Origin: a virus
Reading direction: 5' to 3' (one strand)
DNA: 64,000 nucleotides
Virus record (IMG/VR): IMGVR_UViG_3300030098_006570
Coordinates: 32,001-96,000 of that record
Below, piece after piece: positions 1 through 9,091 of the stretch (positions within the stretch are counted from its first letter, which is position 1; the number at the start of each line of letters is the position of its first letter). The notes under the pieces are model-generated. The model made no database searches. It saw only the letters and a list, made by a program, of their open reading frames with translations, and had not been told where the DNA came from. The position numbers and the translations under genes are program-made.

Positions 1-613
1 GGCTCTGCTCAGTCCGCAGAGCAGCTGCGCCGCGGAAGTTCAGAATGCTAGACGTCGAGACAGTACCCGAAGCAACAATCGTAATTCCTGTGCACAGCAG
101 CGACGAGGTCGGAGACGAGTAGCCGTTGTTGAGAGCATAAGGACCGTCCTCAGAGAACGCACCGGTAAGGTTGACACCACCAGTAAGCTGGGCACCCACC
201 ACGTTGCCTCCGTAAATGGACGAACCACTGGGGTAGCCATCATCGAAGACACCACGAGCACGACCACCGATCTGACCAGAGATCGTGAAGTCGAGGAAGA
301 AGATGAGGCCTGAGGGCAGGCTCATCGGCTGGACGCTAACGAGATCGTTGGCGATCAGGTTGCCGAAGACTCGGCGAACGAGGGGGAATGCAACAGCTGC
401 AAAACCCTCAACGTCACCAGCACTCATGCTGGAAGACTCACGGAGAAGCTCCTTTGCCTGGTTCTCAAGCAATCGGGCCATTCCGTTCCGAAGACCATCA
501 TCGCTAATTCCCTCAAGCAGTCCGGTGTTCTCCCACTTAGAAATGAGAGCGGCACCTTCGGCCGAGAGGTCACGGTTGACGATTCCTTCGGTTAATTTCT
601 GTACAATAGACAT
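1..613 (-). CDS. gp23: Major capsid protein, T4 gp23-like (5' part; runs off the window start)
   Basis: Not in the ORF track. Manual translation from ATG at 613 gives MSIVQKLTEGIVNRDLSAEGAALISKWENTGLLEG...MARLLENQAKELLRE...AFPLVRRVFGNLIANDLVSVQPMSLPSGLIFFLDF. The KW..LLEG, LLENQ and PLVRR..VQPM..P.G motifs are typical of gp23. An AGGAGG SD precedes it and it lies directly downstream of the scaffold. Confidence 0.95.
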   Translation of the reverse strand, partial: MSIVQKLTEGIVNRDLSAEGAALISKWENTGLLEGISDDGLRNGMARLLENQAKELLRESSSMSAGDVEGFAAVAFPLVRRVFGNLIANDLVSVQPMSLPSGLIFFLDFTISGQIGGRARGVFDDGYPSGSSIYGGNVVGAQLTGGVNLTGAFSEDGPYALNNGYSSPTSSLLCTGITIVASGTVSTSSILNFRGAAALRTEQS

Positions 614-640
614 TTTATAACCTCCTATAATTGTTGAATG

Positions 641-1735
641 TCATTTATTATTCAAACCTGCTAAACGCAGCATGCGATCCATCTTAGAATCGCGAGTTGC
701 CGTGTTGTTTTTCTTAGAATTGATCAAAAGCGACGTTGGTCTTGTAACAGCTTCACGAAGTGTTTGTGGACGTGTTCTCTGATCAGGAGTGTTCCCCACT
801 GCGTTTTGAATTGTTTCATAGATCATCGCTGCTTCTTCAACAGAATTGGCAGTCTGAACAGCTTCGGCAATTTGATTCTTTTGCCGCTCATTCAAGGAGG
901 TGCTATTCAAAGCCTTGTTTTGATAAACAAGCTTGGCGTTTGCCAAGTTCAACTTATTAAGCTGAGCCTTGGCCTCCATAATGAGAGCACGTAGCTCTCG
1001 GTTGGATTCTTTGAGTTCGGAAATCTTGGCCTCATAAAGGCCGGCGTCGCTCACGACGTCAGGGGCCGTATCGACTTCCTCTTCGATATCTTCTTCTTCC
1101 AGGTGAGCAGCCTGGGCAGCGGCCATGGCATCGTTGTTGGCCTGCTCGACACTGTTGTACGCAGAGTTGACAGAGGACCAGCCCTGGGGGCGCGGGGTCA
1201 TATCTACAACCAACTCTTCAATCAGGTCGGCCAAGAGTTCCTCACTTAAAGGAATCTCTTGGTCTTCTTCTAAGTCCACTCGCGCAGAGGATCCGGCGAG
1301 TTCGGCGGAGTCCTCTTCCGCATCGTTGTCTAGCATTGTGTCAGTAATCTCTTCGGCTAGCTCAAGCGAATCATTGAGATCAGCAGCGCTGGCCTCAACC
1401 CCGGCGGCCTCCTCCTCGGCGATACGAGTCTTCAGGGCATCAAAATCAATTTCAACCAACTCGTCAGCCGCGGGGGCATCCAACTGTTCGCTCTGGAAGC
1501 CGTAAGGCACATCTTCCATAAAAGTTGTGGAAGGGGCAGCTGCGACGCCGTCGTCTTCCTCAAGGCCTCCAAGGCCCATGGCGGCATCGTCGCCCATTTC
1601 CTGTTCTAGCAGGGTGTTGACTGCTGTACGTACCTCGTCCGCATACCGTTCGAGGACGGCCGACTCTGCATTTTTGAGTGCGGCCTCCTTGAGGGCGCCA
1701 GCATCTACGATTGCTTCTTCTAATAAGGAAGACAT
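641..1735 (-). CDS. Prohead core/scaffolding protein
   Basis: Very acidic, coiled-coil, with many LxE sites. Immediately upstream of the major capsid gene. C-terminus DRMLRLAGL. Confidence 0.8.
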   Translation of the reverse strand: MSSLLEEAIVDAGALKEAALKNAESAVLERYADEVRTAVNTLLEQEMGDDAAMGLGGLEEDDGVAAAPSTTFMEDVPYGFQSEQLDAPAADELVEIDFDALKTRIAEEEAAGVEASAADLNDSLELAEEITDTMLDNDAEEDSAELAGSSARVDLEEDQEIPLSEELLADLIEELVVDMTPRPQGWSSVNSAYNSVEQANNDAMAAAQAAHLEEEDIEEEVDTAPDVVSDAGLYEAKISELKESNRELRALIMEAKAQLNKLNLANAKLVYQNKALNSTSLNERQKNQIAEAVQTANSVEEAAMIYETIQNAVGNTPDQRTRPQTLREAVTRPTSLLINSKKNNTATRDSKMDRMLRLAGLNNK

Positions 1736-1764
1736 AAACTAACTCCAATAGCTAAAATTCCACT

Positions 1765-1775
1765 AATAACTAGTG
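1765..1775 (-). promoter_or_regulatory. Putative late promoter (CACTAGTTATT) for scaffold/major capsid
   Basis: Matches the recurring CTAnTTAT motif, about 30 nt upstream of the scaffold start. Confidence 0.55.
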
Positions 1776-1811
1776 ATTAGGTTTTCGAAATGCCCGAGGA
1801 GGATGAATTTC

Positions 1812-2780
1812 TTAGTCCCGGACAGCCCTAAGAGTGCTTAGTAATTGATCCAGCTCTTTTTTACTATTTCGAATAACGCTTTTATAATCCTTCTCTGCTT
1901 GATTCATTTCTTCTAAAGTTGATGTGATTTGTGCTTCCAGGGCTGATACTGTACTTAGTTGCGCAGCGGTTCGTTGTGTTGAAAGTGAAACTATTTCATC
2001 CAATAATTGTTGCTGTTGCTTTTTCGTTTCCTCTAGTGCCAGGTCCTTGATTCCGATATGAATATGATTCTCATCCTCTCTAATAAGGAAGTTATCATCA
2101 AACACTAGAGTTTTGAATTGTAGGTGTTGATTACGTCCCTTGGTAACCTTACCCTTGTAAAGGGAAACGCCAGAACCTAAGCTATCACCGCCATTGACCA
2201 CATTCAAGACTTGGCTATTCATGGCGGCAATGTGCCCCATTAAAGAAGTAATTGAAAGGCGGCCGACGCCGCTACGTTGTGAGTTAACTAAAATATGATC
2301 AAACTTGCTGGCATCCGGTAGAGCGGGTGTATCAGAAAAACTTACTGAAAGTCCTGTATCACTCATTCGAAGCAGCGAAGAGGGATCTAGCTTGAGTGAT
2401 AGCTTTTCGTCTACTATTTCAAAGCACGCATTGTTGTGGGCCAGCTGCTCTAAAGGGAGGGCGCCCGAGATGGCGCTAGAGGGGATATTGGTGAGCTTGC
2501 TCCCATCTCCACTAAAGCCGGGTGCCGTCACCTCTTTGGCAACAACAACCGTATCTTTAGCAAGAAGAATGTCTGTAGTGGTATCCAACTTGGCATTGCC
2601 GCCTCCTACCACTAGGCGATTGACCACATTGCTTTTCATTACCTCGATGGCGGGCGGCTTAAGTTCGGTTCCATCCAGAAGCTCAAACTTGTTTGCTGCA
2701 ACACCATCGGTAAAAGTTTTCCGGGCTGTGATGGTTTGCTCAGTGTTGTGGGTGCAAAGATTTTTAGGTGTTGATGCCAT
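1812..2780 (-). CDS. Fibre/whisker-like virion protein with C-terminal coiled coil
   Basis: FSGDGSKLTNI fibre motif (FxGDGxxL is shared with neighbours), GVSLYKGK...LQFKTL segment, heptad-rich C-terminus, AAGGAG SD. Confidence 0.55.
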   Translation of the reverse strand: MASTPKNLCTHNTEQTITARKTFTDGVAANKFELLDGTELKPPAIEVMKSNVVNRLVVGGGNAKLDTTTDILLAKDTVVVAKEVTAPGFSGDGSKLTNIPSSAISGALPLEQLAHNNACFEIVDEKLSLKLDPSSLLRMSDTGLSVSFSDTPALPDASKFDHILVNSQRSGVGRLSITSLMGHIAAMNSQVLNVVNGGDSLGSGVSLYKGKVTKGRNQHLQFKTLVFDDNFLIREDENHIHIGIKDLALEETKKQQQQLLDEIVSLSTQRTAAQLSTVSALEAQITSTLEEMNQAEKDYKSVIRNSKKELDQLLSTLRAVRD

Positions 2781-2818
2781 ATCAGGTGCCTCTCCTTAGG
2801 ACTCTTAGGTTAGTCATC

Positions 2819-5374
2819 TCAGGCCAGCTCCACGTAAGTAGAGCCGGGATTGAAATATATAACCTTAGGTGTAGTGGTGGCATAGCCAATCACTCGCACA
2901 TAATTATTTGAGGCGGTGGGGGCAACACTTTTGAACTTTGCGCTGGAAGTGGACACATAGACGGCACTGCCGGTCTTGTAGTTTCCGACGAAATAAGTCT
3001 CGGCATCCACAAAACCCCGAATTAGCATACCATCACTTGAGGGGTTGCTTCCCAAGGAAATAGCCAAGAGTTGACTCTCTCCCCCACCGCTCGTGGGACT
3101 GCTTCCCGTTTGGGCAGCCGAGGCGGAAGCCCATCCACCCTGATCGTTAAGATAATAGAGGGCCCCCGTTTGTAGGCCGCTGGCTGAGCTAGTGCCAAAA
3201 TAAACCACTTCGCCGGCACCCGTATTGTTTGGAAGTACCGACGGGGCTTTAGATCCGGTATAATGAACCTCTAAGGCAATTTTTGGTTTTTGGCTTTTAC
3301 CAAAAGAGGCGCCGCCATCTATAAGGGTCACATTGGAGACATAAAGGCCTGAGCCCGAAATATTGGCAGAGGCCGACAAGCTCGCATAAACATCTACATT
3401 GCCGTTAGTATTGACCCGGAGCATCGGGGAGCCACTGTTATCCTGGAAGTCATAGCCAGTGAAGTTGGGCTGAGTACCCTTAAATTGGAGAAGGCCGCCG
3501 GCATTGCGTCCCATCTTATAATGATAAGTTCCTCCACTTCCCACCCGCAACTGATCTCCGGCGGCCGAACCCAGCACACTCAATGCTGCAGCCGAGCTGG
3601 CTGTATTTACCGTGATGGCGCTTGAGGCACTCACATGGGTAACAGTGAGTGCAGCGCCCGAGATAATCCCGTCATGGCCGAGGTAGGCAAGAAGACCGTC
3701 CTCAGCTGCATTAAGGACCGAAATGGAAGCGGTCTTCGCCATAATACCGGTGAAGTTGTTGCCGGCGGGGCCTTTAGTCCGCACCTGCAGGAAACTCCCG
3801 CCGCCTAGGCCGTCGTCGTTATATGTAAAGTCGGCCGATGACGTCAGTTGTCCGTTACCGTCCAGATCGGCGAACACGATGCCACTGCTGGTTAGGCTCG
3901 ACACATAAGCAGTAGAGCCATAAAAAGCAGAGGCCGAAATATTATGAGACGCAGTGAGACTTCCGGAGACAATCGCTAGGCCTTTGCTAACTCCATCGAT
4001 GGTAGAACCAGTGGGATCGAGAATGAAAGACTTGTGTATAACTCCCATGGAGCCGGCCGTTGTAAGCATCGTAACGCCCAACAGGCCTTCGGGATAAATA
4101 TCAATAGCTGTCTTCCCATTATAACTACTGCTCCGGAAATAGGCATAACTGCTCCCTCGGTTGCGCAGATTGATTCCGCCGACGCCCCCAACGTCCGAGC
4201 CATCGAGGATAATTTTACCAGCAGGACTCAAAGTAAAGTCCGCCGAACTACTCAAAATGGACGAGGAGATATAGGTGGGATAACTCCTCGACGCGTTGGA
4301 TCCCAACTTAACAAAGGGAAGCTGGGCGCCTGACATTATCAATTGACCGGATCCTGAAATAGACCCGCTCATCATAACTTTATCGCCCAGGAAGCTGAAA
4401 TTGCCGGAGCCGCTGAAGGCGCCCGCATTGTTAAACTGAATGTTCGTGTTCGAGCCGCCGGGTGTACCGCCGCCTCCCACGTTCTTCAAATACTGGCCGT
4501 CGCCATAAAAAGCAGAGGCTGATACATGGCCAGAAGCGGTGATATGAGAAGAGGCCGAAATAGTGCCGTCATGACCTAGGTATACCAGCAGCCCAGTTTC
4601 AGCAGCATTGAGAACGGAAATAGAAGCGGTCTTCGCCATAATACCTGTAAAGTTATTAGCTCCTGGGCCTTTTGTACGAACCTGTAGGAACTTACCGCCA
4701 CCTATACCATCATCACTGTACGTAAATTCGGCCGAGGAAGTAAGTTTTCCGTTGGGGCCTGCAGCGACGACCCCGCTGCTGGTGAGACTTGACACATAAG
4801 CGTTGGAACCATAAAAAGCAGAGGCCGAAAGATTGGCCGAGGCAGAAACTTGAGTGTTAGCATTCAAGATTATGTTGTCGCCATTGATATCGAGATTAGT
4901 GCCGTTATTTGTAATTTTGTAAGTTTTGGCCGCATCAAAGAAAATAGAATTTCCAGAGGGCACGAACACATTAGATGCTGTAAGATTAGCTGATGCGGAT
5001 AGGGCCCCGCTCACTATCATCTTGGAGCCGGTCCATTTAAGACTATTGGTGCCTCCGAGGGTACCTCCATTATTAAACTGGATATTAGTGGTGGCCCCGG
5101 CGGCAGAACTAGTCGCGATGCCGTGGAGGTATTGACCATCGCCATAGAAAGCTGAAGCCGAGACATGGCCAGATGCTGTGATATTAGAAGAGGCAGAGAT
5201 CTGCCCTAAAACTTGAACCAGCGTATCCGAGGCGGAAACGTTGAGTACTTTAACTCCACCTACACCAAAGGAAATAAAGTCATTTCCCCAGTCTATGTAT
5301 GTATCCTGATTAGGATCGTCCTCGGCGTAAATATCGCCTCTAAATATTCTACCTTTTGCTGAACCGTATGCCAT
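2819..5374 (-). CDS. Tail/head fibre protein with internal repeats (851 aa)
   Basis: Gly/Ser/Thr-rich, with repeated SASAFYG(D/S) and TNIQFNN.G motifs and an internal ~90-aa duplication. Confidence 0.75.
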   Translation of the reverse strand: MAYGSAKGRIFRGDIYAEDDPNQDTYIDWGNDFISFGVGGVKVLNVSASDTLVQVLGQISASSNITASGHVSASAFYGDGQYLHGIATSSAAGATTNIQFNNGGTLGGTNSLKWTGSKMIVSGALSASANLTASNVFVPSGNSIFFDAAKTYKITNNGTNLDINGDNIILNANTQVSASANLSASAFYGSNAYVSSLTSSGVVAAGPNGKLTSSAEFTYSDDGIGGGKFLQVRTKGPGANNFTGIMAKTASISVLNAAETGLLVYLGHDGTISASSHITASGHVSASAFYGDGQYLKNVGGGGTPGGSNTNIQFNNAGAFSGSGNFSFLGDKVMMSGSISGSGQLIMSGAQLPFVKLGSNASRSYPTYISSSILSSSADFTLSPAGKIILDGSDVGGVGGINLRNRGSSYAYFRSSSYNGKTAIDIYPEGLLGVTMLTTAGSMGVIHKSFILDPTGSTIDGVSKGLAIVSGSLTASHNISASAFYGSTAYVSSLTSSGIVFADLDGNGQLTSSADFTYNDDGLGGGSFLQVRTKGPAGNNFTGIMAKTASISVLNAAEDGLLAYLGHDGIISGAALTVTHVSASSAITVNTASSAAALSVLGSAAGDQLRVGSGGTYHYKMGRNAGGLLQFKGTQPNFTGYDFQDNSGSPMLRVNTNGNVDVYASLSASANISGSGLYVSNVTLIDGGASFGKSQKPKIALEVHYTGSKAPSVLPNNTGAGEVVYFGTSSASGLQTGALYYLNDQGGWASASAAQTGSSPTSGGGESQLLAISLGSNPSSDGMLIRGFVDAETYFVGNYKTGSAVYVSTSSAKFKSVAPTASNNYVRVIGYATTTPKVIYFNPGSTYVELA
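3660..4835 (-). repeat. Intragenic duplication of about 280 bp (copies at ~4555-4835 and ~3660-3945)
   Basis: FTYSDDGIGGGKFLQVRTKGPGANNFTGIMAKTASISVLNAAETGLLVYLGHDG versus FTYNDDGLGGGSFLQVRTKGPAGNNFTGIMAKTASISVLNAAEDGLLAYLGHDG. DNA differences are largely synonymous. Confidence 0.9.
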
Positions 5375-5392
5375 TGATTATTCTCCGGGTAT

Positions 5393-5403
5393 AATAAATA
5401 GTA
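5393..5403 (-). promoter_or_regulatory. Putative late promoter (TACTATTTATT)
   Basis: CTATTTAT motif about 19 nt upstream of the ATG at 5374, just downstream of a terminator. Confidence 0.65.
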
Positions 5404-5431
5404 TCCAATCTAATCTATGAATGTTTAAAGT

Positions 5432-5466
5432 AAAAAGGGCGGGTACCCCGAAAGATACCCACCCTT
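5432..5466 (-). terminator. Rho-independent terminator
   Basis: mRNA reads AAGGGUGGGUAUCU-UUCG-GGGUACCCGCCCUU followed by a U-tract, downstream of the 5512..7374 gene. Confidence 0.85.
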
Positions 5467-5511
5467 AATATTTATCATCACCAAGGTGATGTCTCCGAAG
5501 AGACCTCTATC

Positions 5512-7374
5512 CTAGTAGATGCTCCACTTATCGGAAGCGACATACATCAAGTTGACCGCACCGTCATCGGAGACAATATCCACGGAATCTTCGCCGTCGA
5601 TAGTCTGCGTTCCAGCATGATCAACCACGATCTTGAAGCCACCAAGGCTACTCGGAGCCTTCACGTTAACAACCTGACCAATGGTCGGGCTGGCTGGAAG
5701 GGTCCATGTGCGATTAGCAGTAAGCGTGGTAGTACCATAGTTGAAACCAACCTGGAGAGTACCCGCCGCATCGCCGATGCCCTGGACGTTGGCGACAATG
5801 TCACCAGTCACAGTACCGTAAATGTTAGCAGCCTGAATATCGATCAGGTTGCCCGACTCATCACGAGCAACAAAAATGTCACCAGATGCGGATGCATCAC
5901 CAGTACCGTTCGTCAGGTATACCCACTCGAAATAGTCGGAGTTATCAGCAGCGTAAGGCATGCGGATGGCAGAGCCAGCAGCGTTTGCCTTGCTGCTTGA
6001 ACCGGAGCCGATTGTTACAGTCTTGTCTTTAATCACCAATTCATCGGTGTTGACCGAAGTGATGGTTCCAGCAACGTAGAAGTTACCACTAGCACTCATG
6101 TTTCCGTTGATAGTCAGACCAGCAAAAGTCGGGCTGTCACTGGTACCGAGACCAAGACTCGTACGAGCAGTGGCGCCGCTCTCATAAGCAAAGGCGCCTG
6201 CGCCAGTAGCAACAATGAATTCACCATCAGCAGAAGGAGCGCCGAGAGTGTCAAGATCTTCGAGGACCCCGTCAACAGCAACAGTGACCGAACCACCAAG
6301 GGACACAGCACCCAGAGCAGCCATACCAGCACCCTGTGTGAGAGTGATGGAGCTGTTAGCAAGCTTGGCGTTAGCGATCGAACCAGCGAGGTTATCGTTG
6401 GTGATTGAGTTATCAGGCAAGAAAACGTTACCAGAAACATTCAAGCGCGCGCTCGAACCCACACGGAGTTCTCCGGTAGTGTCCAAATAAAAATTCGAAC
6501 CAGAGATCGACCCCTCCCGAGTAATCGAGGCGGACGCGGCCGTCGAGCCGCCGGACTCATAAAACGACATATCAGTACCCCATACAGTGAAACCCTGGTA
6601 GTCGTCAGCCACATCGTGAGAATGAATCTCAATACCCGCCGAAGCAGAGATAAGCAACGGCGTAGCGTCGGATCCGCCTTGGCCACTGTTCAACATTGCA
6701 TAATACGTATCACCATGGTCGGTCTCGAAGTAACCCAGGGACATGTGGTCAGAAATAACTACATCCTTACCTGCCTTCGAGTTAGAGCCGGAGATGTGAG
6801 CCTCTTTAATGCTCTTGGCCGCACTACCGAGTGAGGTCTGACCGTCAGCATCAGGGATAATATCGGAGCCGACGCCGGGGACGATATTGCCCGCGACAGA
6901 CAGAGCACCAGAGCCCGAAAGGGTGGTGAACTTACCAGCAGCCTGTGAGCTGGCTCCAACAGTAGTTCCATCAATTGCACCACTGTCAACATTAATGTTG
7001 GTGATGGCCTGGCTGTTAGCATCAAGTGCTGCACCAAGCTGATCAGCCTGAAGGCTGTCAATGTATGCTACACCGTCAATGTACAGATCCTTGAACTCAG
7101 CGCCAGAAGCACCAAGGTCAGTGCCAGCATCTGATTGCGGCTTGAGTGCCGTACCGTTGACGACCTGATTAGCGCCCATAAGGACAAGATCGTTGCTGCC
7201 GTTGGAGCTAATCTTTACTGAGCCACCGTCTCCGTTAAAATAGACAACACCGTCGTTGTTAAGAACAACATCGTTGGCTACCTCAACATCAGCCGAGCCA
7301 GAAAGGTCGGCGCCGCCGACTAGTTTAATATCACCTGGGGACTGGAATGTTCCCAATTGAAATTTATATGCCAT
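5512..7374 (-). CDS. Fibre/decoration-type structural protein (620 aa)
   Basis: Gly/Ser/Asp-rich fibre-like repeats and a C-terminal TLPA..G..V.VK...TIDG...GAV.L...W.IY module shared with two upstream genes. Strong AGGAGG SD and its own terminator. Confidence 0.75.
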   Translation of the reverse strand: MAYKFQLGTFQSPGDIKLVGGADLSGSADVEVANDVVLNNDGVVYFNGDGGSVKISSNGSNDLVLMGANQVVNGTALKPQSDAGTDLGASGAEFKDLYIDGVAYIDSLQADQLGAALDANSQAITNINVDSGAIDGTTVGASSQAAGKFTTLSGSGALSVAGNIVPGVGSDIIPDADGQTSLGSAAKSIKEAHISGSNSKAGKDVVISDHMSLGYFETDHGDTYYAMLNSGQGGSDATPLLISASAGIEIHSHDVADDYQGFTVWGTDMSFYESGGSTAASASITREGSISGSNFYLDTTGELRVGSSARLNVSGNVFLPDNSITNDNLAGSIANAKLANSSITLTQGAGMAALGAVSLGGSVTVAVDGVLEDLDTLGAPSADGEFIVATGAGAFAYESGATARTSLGLGTSDSPTFAGLTINGNMSASGNFYVAGTITSVNTDELVIKDKTVTIGSGSSSKANAAGSAIRMPYAADNSDYFEWVYLTNGTGDASASGDIFVARDESGNLIDIQAANIYGTVTGDIVANVQGIGDAAGTLQVGFNYGTTTLTANRTWTLPASPTIGQVVNVKAPSSLGGFKIVVDHAGTQTIDGEDSVDIVSDDGAVNLMYVASDKWSIY

Positions 7375-7532
7375 TATAAAATCCTCCTATAGATTATGGC
7401 GAAACGTGTAAGAAATTAGAAGAAAGTTACGAAGTGGGCGCATCGAGGCGCAATGGACCATAATATATCCACATTCGTTTCTGATACAATTAGACGTGCG
7501 GAGAGAGAAAAGCTTTTAATATTTTTTATTTT

Positions 7533-8300
7533 TTAGTAGACGTACCAATTACTACCATCGGTATACATATGAATCGCGCCATAAGGCGATTGAATAGTGA
7601 GACTGGATGTATTATCAATTAGCTGGCTGGCTGATGCTTTAAGGGTGATGGGAGTTGTAGGGTCGGCACTTCCCACTTCGTCCTTTACTACATATGTCTG
7701 ACCTCCCACGCATTTTGTAGCATCAAATAAAATCTCAAGGGATGCCGCTCTTACCCCTAAATAATACTCATTGGCGGCAGCCGTATGATTTGTAGTAATG
7801 GGGGTCCTAGCATGGACCAGTCCAGCTTTGATCTGCATTGCTTTATTTGTAAAATCATAAAGCACCAGAGCGCTTCCCGAGATCCCCCCCGAGCCTGTTT
7901 GAAACTGAAGAGCACCCACGGGGCCCTGGGCGCTGGCGGAGCCTCCTCCCCCACTGGCCGTAATCCCAGTAAGATAGCGACCGTCGCCATAGAAAAAGGC
8001 AGCGGAAATATTATTGCTCGCTGATATAAGACCAGTGTTGTCAAGGAGAACCTTGGTGATTCCCCCATTGAGAATGGAAAGGTTAGCCCCATCAAAAGTG
8101 AGATCAGCCTCACCTCGCAGAGTCTTTCCGGTGGTATTAGTAAAGGTTATTAAACGATTGTCGTCAGGGGTGACGACATATTCGGGAATTTGAGAAGTAG
8201 GGAAGGCGAGTTCGGACCCATCTCCCGAAAAAGTGCCCGTGAGAGCAAGGCTGGCGGAGTGGAGTTGCTTGATTGTTCCTGATAATGCATTGTACGCCAT
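7533..8300 (-). CDS. Short fibre-like structural protein (255 aa)
   Basis: FYGDGRYL and SASAQGPVGALQF motifs, plus the same C-terminal module (VVKDEVG...LID...YGAI..YTDGSNWYVY). Confidence 0.7.
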   Translation of the reverse strand: MAYNALSGTIKQLHSASLALTGTFSGDGSELAFPTSQIPEYVVTPDDNRLITFTNTTGKTLRGEADLTFDGANLSILNGGITKVLLDNTGLISASNNISAAFFYGDGRYLTGITASGGGGSASAQGPVGALQFQTGSGGISGSALVLYDFTNKAMQIKAGLVHARTPITTNHTAAANEYYLGVRAASLEILFDATKCVGGQTYVVKDEVGSADPTTPITLKASASQLIDNTSSLTIQSPYGAIHMYTDGSNWYVY

Positions 8301-8317
8301 CTCGTCTCATAACTCGT

Positions 8318-9073
8318 CTAGATAATCCACCAAGCACTGGTGCCGTCACAAACATAGGTTTCAGATGCATGGTCCGATAAGAGCTTTTGCCACGGGTCTC
8401 CATCGATCGTATCGCCTCCAGAGGCGCTCACCGTTAAATCGGGAGCGGCAGTTCCGGCTTTCACCACCACTACCCGGCCGATTCCGGCGGTTGTAGCTGC
8501 AGGCAACGTGACAGTTGTTGTGGATGCCACGCTCACTACCACAAAATAATCATCAGATGAAATGCTCGTGTCGGTATTGGTGGTACGGTAATTTACCGCC
8601 TGAGATCCACTAACTGTGAGAGCTGCGTACGGATTGGTAACTCCAATTCCCAGTCGCGGCATAGAGGCTGCATCGCCCGGAGGCCCGGAGGATGTAAGAG
8701 TAAATGCATTAGCCGTAACGCCTATTCTTTTAACAGCGAGGCTTCCAGTAAATGTATGCCAGTCTTCATTGGTATCGCCAAATTTAGAATCCCCACTGGA
8801 GGATAAGAAAGTAATGGTATGATTGATAACATCAAAATTACGGGCAACAATATTTCCACTAACTAGAAGATTGCCAGTGAGGATAAGCTGCGATGAGGCA
8901 GTTAGGTATAAGAGTTGCGAAGACCCACTAATACCACTTCCACCAGGGACCGAGGATCCTGAATGGAACTGTAAAGACCCTGTTGGCCCCTGGGCACTAG
9001 CTGTCCCGGGGTGAGAATGACTCCCCCCCGAAGAGCAACTAACATAAGCCCATCCGTTGTATTGTAGCGGCAC
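8318..9073 (-). CDS. Short fibre-like structural protein (251 aa)
   Basis: TASAQGPTGSLQF and SGDSKFGDTNEDWHTFTGS motifs, plus the same C-terminal module (VTLPAA..G..VVVK...TIDG...CDGTSAWWII). GTG start with AAGGAGG SD. Confidence 0.7.
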   Translation of the reverse strand: MPLQYNGWAYVSCSSGGSHSHPGTASAQGPTGSLQFHSGSSVPGGSGISGSSQLLYLTASSQLILTGNLLVSGNIVARNFDVINHTITFLSSSGDSKFGDTNEDWHTFTGSLAVKRIGVTANAFTLTSSGPPGDAASMPRLGIGVTNPYAALTVSGSQAVNYRTTNTDTSISSDDYFVVVSVASTTTVTLPAATTAGIGRVVVVKAGTAAPDLTVSASGGDTIDGDPWQKLLSDHASETYVCDGTSAWWII

Positions 9074-9091
9074 CGCGCGTAACCCTCCTTG

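Noticed and set aside
40-620. ORF-track calls 40..267 (-) and 285..620 (+)
   Set aside because: Both overlap the true major capsid reading frame starting at 613.
3660-4835. Diversity-generating retroelement TR/VR pair in the fibre gene
   Set aside because: Both copies are in-frame coding, differences are mostly synonymous and not adenine-specific, and no reverse transcriptase is in the window.
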